Source: Kudoa neothunni (lineage: Eukaryota > Animalia > Cnidaria). Taken from it: 64,000 nt of DNA. The position numbers were made by a program, and so were the translations under genes. The stretch covers positions 8,729,904 through 8,793,903 of the forward strand of contig OZ199838.1 in the NCBI GenBank assembly GCA_964304625.1. Direction: 5' to 3'. The first letter of the stretch is position 1. Each line of letters begins with the position of its first letter. Under the pieces are notes generated by a model. The model did no database searches. It was not told the origin of the DNA and worked only from the letters and a program-made list of their open reading frames with translations. Positions 25,212-38,964 of this stretch are shown piece after piece.

Positions 25212-27661
25212 CCCTTTCGATCCCAAATTTTTTTTTTCTTTCGAAAATAATTTATCATATAGAAGTGGTGTTAAAAACGATAAATTTAAAATTTTAATTT
25301 AAAAAGAGTTTTCCATGTTCCAATTCGTCACACTTTTGGTCTTGTTCACTACAGTGAACAACGGGCTCCAACGGTAACAAAAACACAAAATTTTTAAATG
25401 AGAAAAAAATAAATTTTATTAATAACTAATTAGTTTATTTTACATGGAAATCATAAAACCAGTTCCTTCCTTTAACAATGCAACAAGTTGCATACATTTT
25501 ACACATGCGAACTGTGAGTTCCTTTTACATAGACGGCACCTATTTTTTTACTTATTCATCGTAGGGTAATGACCAACATTGTCAAATCTAATAGAATCTG
25601 ATAGTACATTATTTTTTTGACGTTGTTGGCAATAAATGACATCATAATCTTCACACACATCCAGACTTGGTCGACCTCGCTTTGATATTACTACCCGTTT
25701 TTTATAACAGATGAGTGATTCGCATATGGATTCTGTAAATGATAACAAGTCTTTCATTTCCTTTCCGGGCGTCTTTCGTATGACATAGTTTCTGTGATAT
25801 AGCAGCCATGAATTAATAATGGCTGTATTTAGACCCCAAATGAAAATTTTCACGTCAAACGTTAAAGATTTATGCTCTAATATATACAATGCCATCGGCA
25901 TATCTGATAGATCGACATCCCCCATGTTTTTGTTATATTCAGAAACAACATTAGGACACTCAACATTAACTATTCGTTTGGGACGTTTATCAAATCTCCT
26001 TACCCTGAGACTGGGTTCCAAAGAAGAATACGTTGGGGGAAATATAACTACTGAGCCATCACACCATTGAGATAACACAATACCTTGATGAAGATCTTGC
26101 GCTCTTCATACACTCCACGACCATTTTTCTCGAATATCTTTGCGGGAGTTAAAGAGAAATTTTTTATTCTATTTCTTCGAATTGTACCAACTGAGTAAAT
26201 ATTTCGGGTTTTTAAAAATACTTGTAGTGAGGTAGGAGTAAAGTAGTTGTCAAAATAGAGGAAATATGTATTTGAAGTTGGAAGAGTTTCGGATAGTTTA
26301 ACAACGAAGTCTCCTGAGTTTAGACCATATTTTTGCGCAACCGTAGGTCTTTTTCCATCATAAATGTGAAAGTCATACACGATGCCACCAACATCGCATC
26401 TAGCAAAAATTTTAAGGCCCCACTTTGAAGGTTTCTTCGGGAGGTATTGCCTTGCCTTCCATTTTCCTTGAAAAGGAATTATTTGCTCGTCGTCAATTGA
26501 ATTGCGTACTTCTGTGGTTATTTTTAAGCATGCCATCCTGAGGTGCTCAAGAAAAGGTCTAATTTTCGTGAAACGATCGAAAGTGGGCGAGTTTTGATTT
26601 GTTATAAGAACTTCGTTATTACTAAAATGTAAAAATTTGAGGATTTGCTGGAAACGAATTCTGGAGAAAGTATTTGAAACAGGGGGATAATTCAGGAATT
26701 TACTCCAATAGCAGCGGTAACGAGGCACCCTAACGATGCCCATCAAAATAAGAACGCCGAGAAACTTTTGAATTTCTTCAATATGTGTACGGAAAGTCGA
26801 TCCAAATTGAGTGGAATAGATATTTGATTGCGATACTATTAGTTCCATTAGTTCATTGCCAAAGAAGAAATTAAAGTAGTCTACTGGTTCACGAAAACCG
26901 TCAAGTTCTTCAAAATTTTCATCTGTGGTTACATTTTCAGGTCGTTTAATCCAGGGCCCTTCATTAATCCATTTGACAACTGTTTCTTCTTCCACAGCAG
27001 CCGATTCATCTGACGAGCTAGTAGAGAATTCCTCAACATTTTCGGTTTTTATTGGATCAAATTCATCATCGGAATACACATCAATATCTGAAATAACAGA
27101 ATCTGGAAGAACTATAACTTCCACTTGTATTTTTCGACTGTTTGACCTTGTTGCTCTGAAACCGTGATCCATTATAATCCGAAATTTTAGTTCCGTTGGA
27201 GCCCGTTGTTCATCGTAGTGAACACATGCTTTTAAAGCTGTTGTAGCGGGCACGCGAATAAAGACAATGTGAGAAAACAACAATCTGGTCGCCAGAGAAC
27301 CCGGACTTTGCCGAGGGGGGCCACACTGTGTACATTTGTTTACCAATTGTATCAATGTGAATATTTGATAAAATAAGCTAACCATAATTATCTACAATAT
27401 ATATTTATTTGTTTTATTTATAAAATGAAACATACTTTTATCGACAGAATAAGATTGCAATTTTTTAATCCGTATTTAGTAAAAAGTATTGTTCAATAAC
27501 AAATTTTTCATTCTTAAATATGATATAAATTAAAAATATTAACAATCTTAATACTAAAATCTTCAGTTTAGTTTACTTTTGGTTTTCTATATAAGTATAT
27601 TCAATACGTGGTAGCCAAAATAATGGTTTGTTCACTACAGTGAACAATGGGACCGAAAGGG
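25212..27661 (-). mobile_element. piggyBac C with frameshifted transposase (25548..27385)
   Basis: Shares TTAA 25208..25211 with piggyBac A; TIRs CCCTTTCGATCCCA / TGGGACCGAAAGGG; palindrome TTGTTCACTACAGTGAACAA near both ends; motifs SIDDEQ, FDNYF, MGDVD. Confidence 0.93.
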
Positions 27662-27946
27662 TTAATGGAAAGTGCGAAAGCTGATGAGGTGGATTTGGTG
27701 GTTACTATTGAAAACTTTAAAGACTCTATGAATAAAATTCCTAATGAGAACCCCAACGAAGCGATGATTATCCTAGAAAATTATGGAAACTTAATGGAGG
27801 CCGCGAAAAAGTTATAAACAAAAGTCCAAATAAACAAAAGTGCGATTAGAGGAGACTATCGTGAAGCAGGTAACTACGTAAACATGGATGATGATGATGA
27901 TGATGATGATACACCAACTTATTGACACAAACAAGGTAATATTCAT

Positions 27947-30900
27947 TTGCCCAAAATAGAATTACCAAAGTTTGATGGCAATTTAATTGATTGGCCGCCA
28001 TTTTGGGATTCTTTCTCATATGCCGTTGATGAAAATGTTAATCTTCCAAATGTTTTAAAATTAACCTACTTGAACGGATTATTATATGGAGACACTGAAA
28101 AAGCCATTGAGGGCCTAAAAATAACGTCTGCCAATTATGAAGAAGCTATAGCAATATTAAAAAATAAATACAGCGATTGCTATCTAATTAAAGAGCTTCA
28201 TTATCAGCGCTTACATGAATTGAAACAAACAACCGGCCTACGTGGATTAACTAATGTTTTTGAATCAATTAACCTCCACGTGAGAGCTTTAAACGCACTT
28301 GGCGAAGAAACGGAAAATCAGCGGTTGGCTAGCTTAATAATAACGAAACTCCCTGATGGTGTGAAAACTAAAATCAGAGAAAAACTTCCGAACCAAGAAT
28401 TAAGCGTCCAAACGATAATGAATGAACTTGATTTATTCTTAAAGGTAAGGCAGGATTTGGCGATTGATGAAAACAAAGTGCAGTGTTCGAAAAGAGAATT
28501 AGTTGCTAATAAACAAACAACTAATAGCGGGCAGGAAAAGTGCATTTATTGCAATGGAAATCATTTTTGCAATGAAAGTACGAATTGCAAAACAATTGAA
28601 GAAAGGAGCTCTAAATTGGGGAAACGATGTTATTTTTGCAACGAAAAACATAAACATCATTCATCCATATGTCCCACGAAATATCCTGTAAACAACATGC
28701 CTGCGGAGTCAACATCCCTATTATCTGATGATCATGTTACAAAACTACCAATCATTAAAACTGAATTAAAAAATCCTAAGACTGGTAGAAGAGAGTGGGT
28801 AAACGCTCTGTTTGATAGTGGAAGTCACAGCACGTTTGTTACGAATGATATTACAAAAAGGCTAGGACTTAAGCTCAAGCATGTTGAAGACTTAAAGATG
28901 GGTACCTTTGGAAATCATAGGAAACAGATTGTCAAATCTTCCAAAATTGAATTTTTCATAATAACCCAAGAAGGAGAAAAATTAATCATAGCTAACGCTA
29001 TCCCTCAAATAACAACTTCTATTACTGAGGTAAATCTCCCGGATGACATCAAAACTAAGATACAACAGATTGGTGATATAAACTGGATACCAGGATCTAA
29101 ACTGGAAATACACTTACTTATTGGATTGGATTACTTCTGGGACCTAGTCGTGAAACCCAAATATAAGCTGGATGAGGGTTTGTACCTAGTTGAATCCACA
29201 GCGGGGAATATTATTTGTGGAAGATTTAAGCCAAATGATCCCTTTTGCAAAACAGAACATTCACTCCTATCGACATCTAATGATGAATATAATTATCAGG
29301 TGAAGTTTCACAAGGATACTCCAGAGAGAAATTTAGAATTTATTATGGTCGTTAGAAAGTATGGGCTTCGCGAAGAAAGTCGTATTACGGAAGATGATAT
29401 TGCTTTAAATATTTACAATAAAAACATAGAGAAAATTGGAAAACGATATAAATTGACTCGGCTTTGGAAGATTGACTCCAGTTTATTACTTAATAATTAT
29501 GGCTTGGCTTTTGGCCGATTGAAATCATTGATCAAGAGAATTAAAAGTAATCCATCAAATATTCTTCAAACATATCAAAGTACCATCGAATCACAATTAG
29601 AAAATAAAATAATTGAGTGTGTCAAAGATGGTGACACATACAATAATGTCTATTATTTACCACATCATTACATTCAATCTCACATGGATAATTCAAAGTT
29701 CAGAATAGTATTTTATGCCTCCGCAAAAATAAATAAAAATATATACTGCCTAAATGATTGTTTGTATCGTGGTCCCTTGATGATGCAAGACTTGTGTGGC
29801 TTATTAAGATTTCGCCTTAAGAAAGTAGCTTTAACCGCAGACATCGAGAAAGCATATCATCAGTTAATGCTTGATGAGAATGACCATGATGTAACCAGAT
29901 TTCTTTGGCTAAAGGATTGGAACAGGGAAGTTTGTTCGGAAAATATTGCAATATACAGGTTTTGTCGTGTTCCATTTGGAATTGTATCTGCTCCATTTTT
30001 ACTTGGTGCAACCATCAATTATCACCTATCCCAAAGTTCTGACGAGGCGCTGAGGAAACTTCCAAGTTGCATATACGTTGATAATTTGATATGCTGCTTT
30101 AATGACGAAAGAGAAGCCATAGATCTGTACGTGAAATCGAAAAGGGTCTTTGATGAAGCATCGATGAATATGAGATGCTGGAATCCATGTTTATTAAAAA
30201 AGACGTTGACCCATCACCGTCAGTAAACGTATTGGGATTGATCTGGAATGTGGAAAAGGACCTAATTCAGTTAAAAGGTCATTTGAAACAATCTTCAACA
30301 TTCATAACAAATAAAAGACAGATTGCAGAAACTCTCGGGAGGTTATATGATCCATTAGGTTACGTATCTCCTGTGACTTTAAAGGCAAAATTATATTTGC
30401 AAGGTCTTTGGAAATTCGATTTTAAATGGCATGAGTCATTGCCTAGTAAATATTGTGAAGATTGGTTTTCGATAACAAAGGAACTAGAGAAAGCATCCAA
30501 TATCAAGATCCCAAGGGCACTTATGCGACATGATCCGAATAGATGTAACAACAAATGCCTGTTGTGCTTTTGTGATGCATCAAAGTCAGCATATGCCTGC
30601 GCGATTTATCTTCTAACTGATCATGATGGAATCAAAACATGCAATCTTATATTTTCTAAAACAAGACTAGCACCTTTGAAAGAGCTGTCTATTCCTCGAC
30701 TTGAATTAATGGGAGTTACTCTAGGAATCAGAATGATGAAGTTTGTGACAAATCAATTGGATTATGAGATCGATCGTTTCTACGTTGTGGCAGACGCTAA
30801 ATGTATTCTGTATTGGCTTAATTCCAAAAAGCAATTGCCCCGATTTGTACAAAATCGGATAAAAGAAATAAAATCTAATCATAATTATAATTTCAGACAT

Positions 30901-31188
30901 GTATCTTCTTTAAATAATCCAGCGGACTTGACAACTCGAGGATGTCCTGTGGATGAAATAATTACAAATCGATTGTGGTGGCATGGTCCTCAATTCCTAA
31001 TGTCAGCCAAAGAAGATTGGCTCTTGAATACATTGTCTAAGCAGGAAATGACTGAAGAACCTGAAGTTATCAGAAATTCTGAAGATAACATCATAGCAGC
31101 AATAGTCCAGCTACCGGATCACACATATATCCGAAGATCTATAAAATTTCTGTCAAAGTTGGAGATCTCCGCAGAGGAAGTGTCGTGA
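27947..31188 (+). pseudogene. BEL/Pao gag-pol (gag, protease, RT, RNase H; frameshift near 30180; no integrase)
   Basis: LPKIELPKFDG gag, ALFDSGS protease, ADIEKAY and YVDN RT, YDPLG and FCDASKSAY RNase H, NPADLTTRG; the ORF runs straight into the 3' LTR. Confidence 0.93.
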
Positions 31189-31451
31189 CCGATTATTTAG
31201 TTATTTATTTATCTACTGTGTACGCAGTAGGCGGAATTTAAAAATTGTTCAATTGATGTTTCTCTCAGCAGCAAATTATATTTAGAAACAAACTAATAAC
31301 TACACCATCTAATAAATGTTTGTGGATGATGTTTACATTTAATGCGGCTTATTTGCGGCTCAAAATATAGACTAAGAAGTTAAGTTGATTAATATTTTAA
31401 TTCTAAAAAATTAAATTAGAACAACATAATCAGTCGAAATCGGACTTAAAA

Positions 31452-33500
31452 TCTATATCTATATTATATATAATAAAGTTCTTATGTCAGTGTGTGTGTG
31501 TCAGTTCGCAGCAGTACGCATGTGCCACGGAGAAACTTTCTTGAAATATAACTGTAAGTTTGTATTTGAATAGATAAAACCATTAATAAAGATCGATCAT
31601 TTACCTAGAAGTATAAATATAGTCAATAACGCAGTCCGAAGTAAGGCATTTTCTGGTTGTCTTCACAAATAGCAGATTAAAAAATACCTGCATAATATTG
31701 ATATTTATTTACTTCTGGTTGATAAACAATTAAAATGAAATTTTACTCATTATATAGAAAAAGAGTTTCTTAATTGTGGTATAGAATGTTTTAAACATTT
31801 TACATATGCCTGTTCGGAGTACTTTTAAGACAAATAAAACTATTAACGTCACATTTACAAGAGTTGCCGCATTTCCCTTAAAATTTGAAGTGTAAACAAG
31901 TTATTTGATATGTGTTTTCTCTTTTCGAGCGTTATGGATATAATTAAGAAAAAGAGATTATGATCATTTTAAATAAAACACATAATTTGAGATAACAAGT
32001 TGTTGTCACGTTGGAATAATTTGAGTCTCTATACGTATACTAAAAACGATATGAAGTGTGTGTAGAGCTTTTAAATATTAAAATTTTTCTAATAACTTCT
32101 TATATTAAAGTTTTGCTCCATTTAAATTCCTGAGATGTGAACATTTCTTTTTATCGAATATATCGATTGAGGTTGAAACTATATTCGTCTTTTCGATAAG
32201 TTTTTACTCATTTTTTGATTTTCCTAAACTTTCTTGAAAAATAACTGGAATCACTAATTCGATAAGTTTCTATATTTTATGAAACAATTTTTTAAATAAT
32301 GTTTAAGTTCTTAGTTACCTAATTATTCCCTATCCCCAAACCTTAAGATTAATATTCAAATCAATATACTGTTTTATTTAGGCTCGCATTAATTCATTAT
32401 GATATAAAGATGCATAAAATATGCGACACCGCATTCTATATGTAATTTAAGAATTTATATTCACGATTACTTTTGCACAAAATACGGTCCCTTCTCAATA
32501 CGTGTCATGTAAATTAATAAGAAATTATGGGTCTATTCAATCTAACCGATATTTTCACAAAGTTTTCGTTAATCTACGAATAGTTCAATACGAAGGAATT
32601 TGTTTAGAGCAATCAAAAAGTACGTTATTTTTTAAAAGGGTGCATTCCTTCAAGAAAACCAGTTGATGTTTAAGCATTACTGTAATTTTTCAAACCAAAA
32701 ACACCTTTACATTTTTGATTTAATCGTATTTTGTTAATTAAATGTGTATATTTTTGAATCAATAAGTATTCTTGATAAAAAGCAAGGTTGGATTTATTTA
32801 TAAATCGGGAAATTTTGTTACAATAATGAATACGTAAGTTACCGCTCAAAGCTTTTTAAAACATCGTTGGCATCATTATAAAATTGCGAAAAAAGGAGTA
32901 ACAATTAATATTTTTGTTTCTGACGCACCTTGGGTTGATTTTATTTTTTTATCGTTTGTAGACTAATAATAAATTTTATAACTAGAAGGATTAATTTTTA
33001 TCGCATAATTTTGAAAAGAATTGAAAGTCCTATTTAAGTTACTCAATGGTTTTGTTTCATAAATAACTGAACTTTAATCGCTAGTTACATTTCTCTTAAA
33101 ATTAAGGTCATCATAGGTTTGGTCAATAATTTGTAAAATAAACTTAAAAAATACTCAATTATTTCTCTCCATACCTCTATTAATATTTGAATGGAAAGTG
33201 TGCGCATATTTTCGTTTATCTAAGTCATCACATTGCAAAAATGATGATAAGCTTTAAAATGCATAAATTAAAGTAGAAAAATAAAATTTACAGGGTTTAA
33301 AGTGCTAATTAGATTAACTCTTCTGTAAAATTTCTCCATTCAAAAATAAAATTAAAGTTAAAATTTTCCATCACACTGTACCAGGCAAAACTGGGCATTA
33401 GCTCTATTTACATAAAAATCAAAAAGGCTTTAATCTGCGCCAGGTGTTAGCCTACTTGGCTGGGCAAGGAAGCCTTCGCATAGCGGGGTTTTTGCGCTAG
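31452..33500 (+). mobile_element. Non-autonomous Helitron, copy 2 (extended 3' end)
   Basis: 5' A|TCTATATC...; old terminus reads CTAT at 33404; ends ~93 bp later with hairpin CTTCGC-ATA-GCGGGG and CTAG|T. Confidence 0.85.
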
Positions 33501-34061
33501 TTCTCAATATTTTGTATGGTGTATCGATTTAATATGATAACAGCTCAACATAATCATCGTCAACAAATTAATTGAAATAACCAGTAGGGTGAAGAAAATG
33601 AGCTAATTTTTCAGTTCCATTATTGGTGTCGCATAATCCCTCTATTAAATTTAGACCTATACCAAGTTACTTTCGGTATCATTGCATTACAACCCTTTAA
33701 TCCAATGCTATACTTTTATTGGATATCAGTGCCAATTTCATTTTCGGAACCACTGAACGATGAGCATCCTTTGGCATCCGAAAATTCATTCATTATTGAC
33801 GATATAACGTTGTATCGACTATAGAATGTGTATCTAGTTGAGATCTAATGACATTAAGACGCACAGTAATATTTGAAACTCATATTCCAGTTTAATTATA
33901 GCCATTACCAACATCATAATCCATTGTGATTGGTTCTAAATCGAACCGTGTGTTCCCATTTTTCTGCCTAGTGACACACGTTGAAATAATATTATTTCAG
34001 ATTTAAATAAGTTTTTTCAAATAAAAATATGTGAATTTAATTAGTATCGATATATTATAAC

Positions 34062-34539
34062 TAGGGATCGTAGTTTTCGATTAAAATTCATTTTAGTCGT
34101 GGAATTTTTAAAAAAGTTTCGACGTTTATTTTCCGGAAAAATTCGAAATCTCCCAAAAAAATCGAAATGGGTAGTAACCGGAGAGAAATTGATAGGTTTC
34201 TTGTTGAATAGATCGACACAGAGAAAGTGGAAAAGGAATTCGCTTGCAAATATTGCAACATGGAATTATCCCTACAAGAAAATAAAATAAAAGAAACATT
34301 GTTAAAAAGCACTTCAAGACCCTTCTCTACTTCCTATTTTTGTAGAGACAAAAAATAGAAAAATTACGAAAAATTTGATTTCTGTTATTGTTCTCGACGT
34401 TCTTCCGCTATCGCTATTTGATAAGAAAAGTTTTTTGTGGGGAGCTCTTTTCAAATTTTTTTAAATTTGGAATGTTTAAACATTCACAGATGCGTAATAC
34501 TGAATCAACCAAAATAAACGTCGAAAACTACAACCCCTA
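34062..34539. mobile_element. hAT-family MITE (478 bp)
   Basis: 19-bp TIRs TAGGGATCGTAGTTTTCGA / TCGAAAACTACAACCCCTA and a perfect 8-bp TSD ATTATAAC (34054..34061, 34540..34547). Confidence 0.92.
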
Positions 34540-34794
34540 ATTATAACTTAATAAATTTTCCTTCAATCTAAATAAAGCGAATCTGTATACATACATATGA
34601 ATACATTACTTTCATGACTAACGTGGTAGAGGAAATCAAACATTTTTAGTACAATATAATAAACGAAAATTTCTTAAAAATATAAAATATTAGTTTTGTT
34701 TACTTCTTGTTATAATAAAATTATTTATTTATATCAACTCCGAGAAAATAATTAAATGGTCATTTTAGGAAAGAATAACTAAGTGTCCATTATA

Positions 34795-36732
34795 CCTCAT
34801 CATGGGCATGCAGAGGTTACGAAAGAATCTTCAAATTATAGAATATCAAAATATAATTTTTATTTTAACTTTCTGAGCGCTTCAAAATTGACTATACACT
34901 TAATGATTTTGGGGTCTATTATACCTCACTTTATTATTTAATATTATGAATTTAAATAATTTTTAAAACTTCGTCACATAAAAATAAAAAATTCTATTGA
35001 TAAAATCGTACAACATGGGCAAAAAAACATACCAGACGAAGTTTTCCGATACTGTACGAAGAATGTTAAGGGCTATATTCTTGTTTAGTAAGTTTTTACG
35101 AAGTATTATTTAAGAATAACTTTTGAAAATATTGAAAATAATATGTTATGAATTATCTCATATATAGTTAATTAAATTAAAACTTTACGGCACAGAAAAA
35201 TAGTTATCAACAAAATGGACTAAAAATGTCTCCAACGTTCAACATAAACGTATATATCAATGTATAAGTTAACCTTTGTTTTCTGTGATCTTCCCTATTA
35301 TTATCTATAATTTTTAAGGAACGATAGTATCGTTATTTATATCAGATCTACAATAAAATCGATGCTCTGACTCTAATTAACAATTTATTACGTATGTCAA
35401 AACAGAAATCTCATTCCGCAAAAATATGAAAATTATAACGTAATCCGGACATTTATTTGTGTCCAATGAACTGTTAAAACAGGAACGTTCGGAATGTTCT
35501 TCGCAGCAATGTTTCTTACGTACAACACATATGCATTGTCTTAGGATCACTGTTCCTTGGGCTTACAGCACATTGTTTCGGGATTTTTTGGAACAATATT
35601 GGTGTTATTTGGATTTTCTGCTCTTAATTTAATTGAGAATTTAGCGCCAAGGAACTGCTGAAGGAACAGAATGTACTAGCTAAATTCTCTAAAAATTGGG
35701 CTCTTTTGATTTTTCCATGATTAAATATGATTTTGTACCAGCAAAACGCGTTTAAGAGATTTATGTCGATATTATATAAAATAACTCCTAGCCTGCATAT
35801 GTCATATTTTTGTAAGTTAGTGAAAGTGAAAATACGATCTATCGTATCAATAACTCATTTAATCTTGTTATAATAATTGATGCAACCTGGCTTCTTTTTT
35901 TCATTGTTCAATATATTTGTATAAGCTATTGAATTGGCTAAAAATAATAAGTCCTTATTATTTTAGGGACTAAAGAGGCTAGAATTTTCTTTTCATTAAA
36001 CAGAAAAAGTGTGCTAAACGACTCCATTGTTTTATTTTTTTTCATTATACCGGAACATTCCTCTCATTAGCTCTAAGTATTCTAACCACGGTAAGAACCA
36101 TTTTCAATAACTGAAAGCTCTTTGCAACAATGATTATAATAATGAACGTTAAGCTTATTGGCGTTACACGGAACATTTCTGTAAACATTACCATCCAAAA
36201 ATATGTCCGAAATGCGTTATATGAGAGATTCTCTGAGTTGTAACATTCGTAAGGCTAGAGACCTTACGTAAACAGCTTCCTTTTAGTATTTTGGAGGTTT
36301 TTAAAACTTCTGCAGCCCAGATAAGGTTATTGTCATCATATTCAGATAAATCAGTAGCAGAATCAATAAAGTCAGACGAATCAATGATTTCATTGAAGTC
36401 GGAATTATGATCAGTGGCATATATTTCGTTAAAGGGCTCCATAAAGACAAATTTCCGTAATAAGCGAGGTTCGTGTATAATCGTATAAACTCACTGGTAA
36501 GTATATCTCATTTTTCTCTTTATTTTGTCTACAGATTTTGCTAATATTCTCAATTCCATTTTATTATAATCTTATACACAAAATGACGATTCAACACTTC
36601 TTTGGTAGGGATACAGTGTAAGAGATATTATAAGAATAGACCGGGTTTTTGAAATTTTAGATAATTGAAAGGGGCAAAAACTAATCTTTAATATGGCTTG
36701 GGGTCTAATAGACCCCAAAAGCACTCGGGGGA
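34795..36732 (-). mobile_element. Highly decayed piggyBac
   Basis: GGGGTCT..AGACCCC-type subterminal palindromes (~34910, ~36700), TTAA at 36733, acidic N-terminus (36188..36442) and Cys-rich tail remnant near 35500-35580. Confidence 0.6.
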
Positions 36733-36899
36733 TTAAAAGCATAAAAACATCAAGAATAATAATGTTAAACGTTACGTTATATAAATTAATAATAAGTTGA
36801 ATAATAGATATTTATTGTGAAACCAATTTCATCTCATCTATAGAGATCTCCAAAAGGATTGTGAGAGCGATTACCAACTGAATTATTGAATTTTCCAAA

Positions 36900-38964
36900 T
36901 TAAAGGTTGTAAGTAGTTTCTCTTGTGAAGAAAAATCGTTTCACAGCGACTGATAGTAACAGCAATGCTGTTAGAAAAAACGAGAAGAGTGATAATACAG
37001 CAGCTGTTATAGCAAGGGGTTGTTTTCCTTTAGAAGATAAAATGTTTATTGCACTTCCACGTTGGGACGAGATTGGTGCGGGTATTATCGATTTACCAGC
37101 TTTAGTAGAATAGATGCTTTTGGTTGTTGAAGGAAATTTTGAAGAATCAATTTGTTGTTCCCTGCGATAAATCAAGTTTAAACATACAAGTTACTATAAT
37201 CACATAATTATGAGTTCTTCATCAGAAAATATGGAACCAAATAAATTGTCGGTAAATAAAAATATCAATCTGTTTTTATCGTGTAATACTGGACTAAAAA
37301 TAGTGATGAGTACATAGGACAATGAATATTCATACGTTAATTTAACATGTATAATAATATCATCGTGGCCGAACAGTGAATCATTCAGTAGTGTATAAAT
37401 AATTTCCGAATTAAAACACTTCTCAGAAAGCGCGTGAAGCTTCTAAATGCTAATTTATTACTTATTTATTTGACAAAGTATACTTCGTTTAGAATATTTG
37501 GAGCATTCACACAGTTCTTCAACATATAATCTATTAAAAATTGTTTTAAGTCTCTGTTATTTTTTCCAACTAAATTGAAAAAATCATTGTAAAACTAAAA
37601 AAGGTTTAATTGATTCAAGCAAAAGTATGACATACAACAATTTCTTTAAGTTCTGGATTTAAGATTTTCTTGGTGACACTTGACAAATTGCAGTGTTTGT
37701 TCTCTCCACAAATCTTACTCTCGTGGATTACAGATTTAATTAACAAAAGACACTCATCCATGTTATATTTCCCCACAAATGTAGTTTTAAACTTGATTGC
37801 AGGTTTTTCCACACAATCAGGATTCATGCGCTGGTTGTCCAATATGTTTTTAAATCCATTGAAAAGGCATGGGTGAGAAATTTCTGGGTCATATTTATCG
37901 ACAATTGTACTCCGTATTTTCTATTAACTTATCAAAAAAAATTATATGTAATAATTACTTTAATAATTTTGTTGTATGTTTCAAAAATTATCTTATGGGA
38001 AGTCAAGCAATAGAAATCACTCACAACTGCAGTGTACTCTTGTAGGCCGATACGAAATTTCTTTGCCATCCAGTCATCATAAAGGAATGGATTCTTGGTG
38101 GAAATTCCAATGAAAAATTTCTCCAACGAAAATTCAATAACTGATTTCTCGGCTAAATTCTGTAAATTCATTAATAATTTCACATATGACACATATTACT
38201 CCGGTTCTAAAATCGTAGTTGTATTTTAGAAATTCGATCAATCCGCTACTTATTTCATTAATCTTAACCCAACTGTTTAAAATTATGTTAAAGTTGCCTA
38301 GCTGAGGTATATTTTCTGTATCTTGTTTTATCATTTTATCGTATTCATTTTCAGTGTATCTTATGATAAAATATATGGCATAGATAACTAAACAAATTTA
38401 TATATACGCATATTTGTATCCTAGCATGTACACATAGTGTACTGTGATCTTGTGCATTTCAACAACATCCCATCTGCACACAGAAGCGGCCATGTTTACA
38501 TACCACTTTAAATTCCAGTCAGCTATCAAATTATAATTAGTTTAGCGTAGATGTACATAAAAATTTGATATTGATAATCTATTTATTTTTTTATTAAAAA
38601 GGACAATTAGAATTCTTAGACTAACCTATGTAATTTTCAGTTACGTACTATAAATAATAAAAATTTAAATAGAATTGCCCCATAACCTGTTTTAATGATT
38701 TATTACTCGGGTCTGTATAACTGTAGACATGGATCTTTGTTATCCACTCTTTGTCAGGTTGGGGGAAATTTATTCTACGGTAACAAATCAAAAAATTGAA
38801 TAACTGATTCTTCACCAGCACTGTTCCATACTATTGAATAAGTAATAGTTTGTTAGACAAAAACTTATAATGGTAATTACTTCATGACCTTTATCATCCT
38901 TTGAATTTAAAGAACAATAGTAGAACAAATTTAGAAGAACAAGGTAATTTAAGGTTTTCATCAT
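36900..38964 (-). CDS. CD39/GDA1 (E-NTPDase, apyrase)-like membrane protein with degenerate catalytic motifs, multi-exon
   Basis: Hydrophobic N-terminus MMKTLNYLVLLNLFYYCS; in-order landmarks YGTVL..TKIHVYSY, LSISNFY, NSWVKIN, SDFYCL, HPCLFNGF, GKYNMDEC, KICGENKHC, LSEKCFNSEIIYTLL; C-terminal hydrophobic helix. Short GT-AG introns. Confidence 0.75.

Larger units (their letters stand above)
19665..31304 (+). mobile_element. BEL/Pao LTR retrotransposon, integrase deleted, carrying nested piggyBacs
   Basis: 124-bp TG..CA LTRs at 19665..19788 and 31181..31304; 5-bp TSD CCATC; PBS TGGCAACG; purine tract GCAGAGGAAG before the 3' LTR. Confidence 0.95.
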
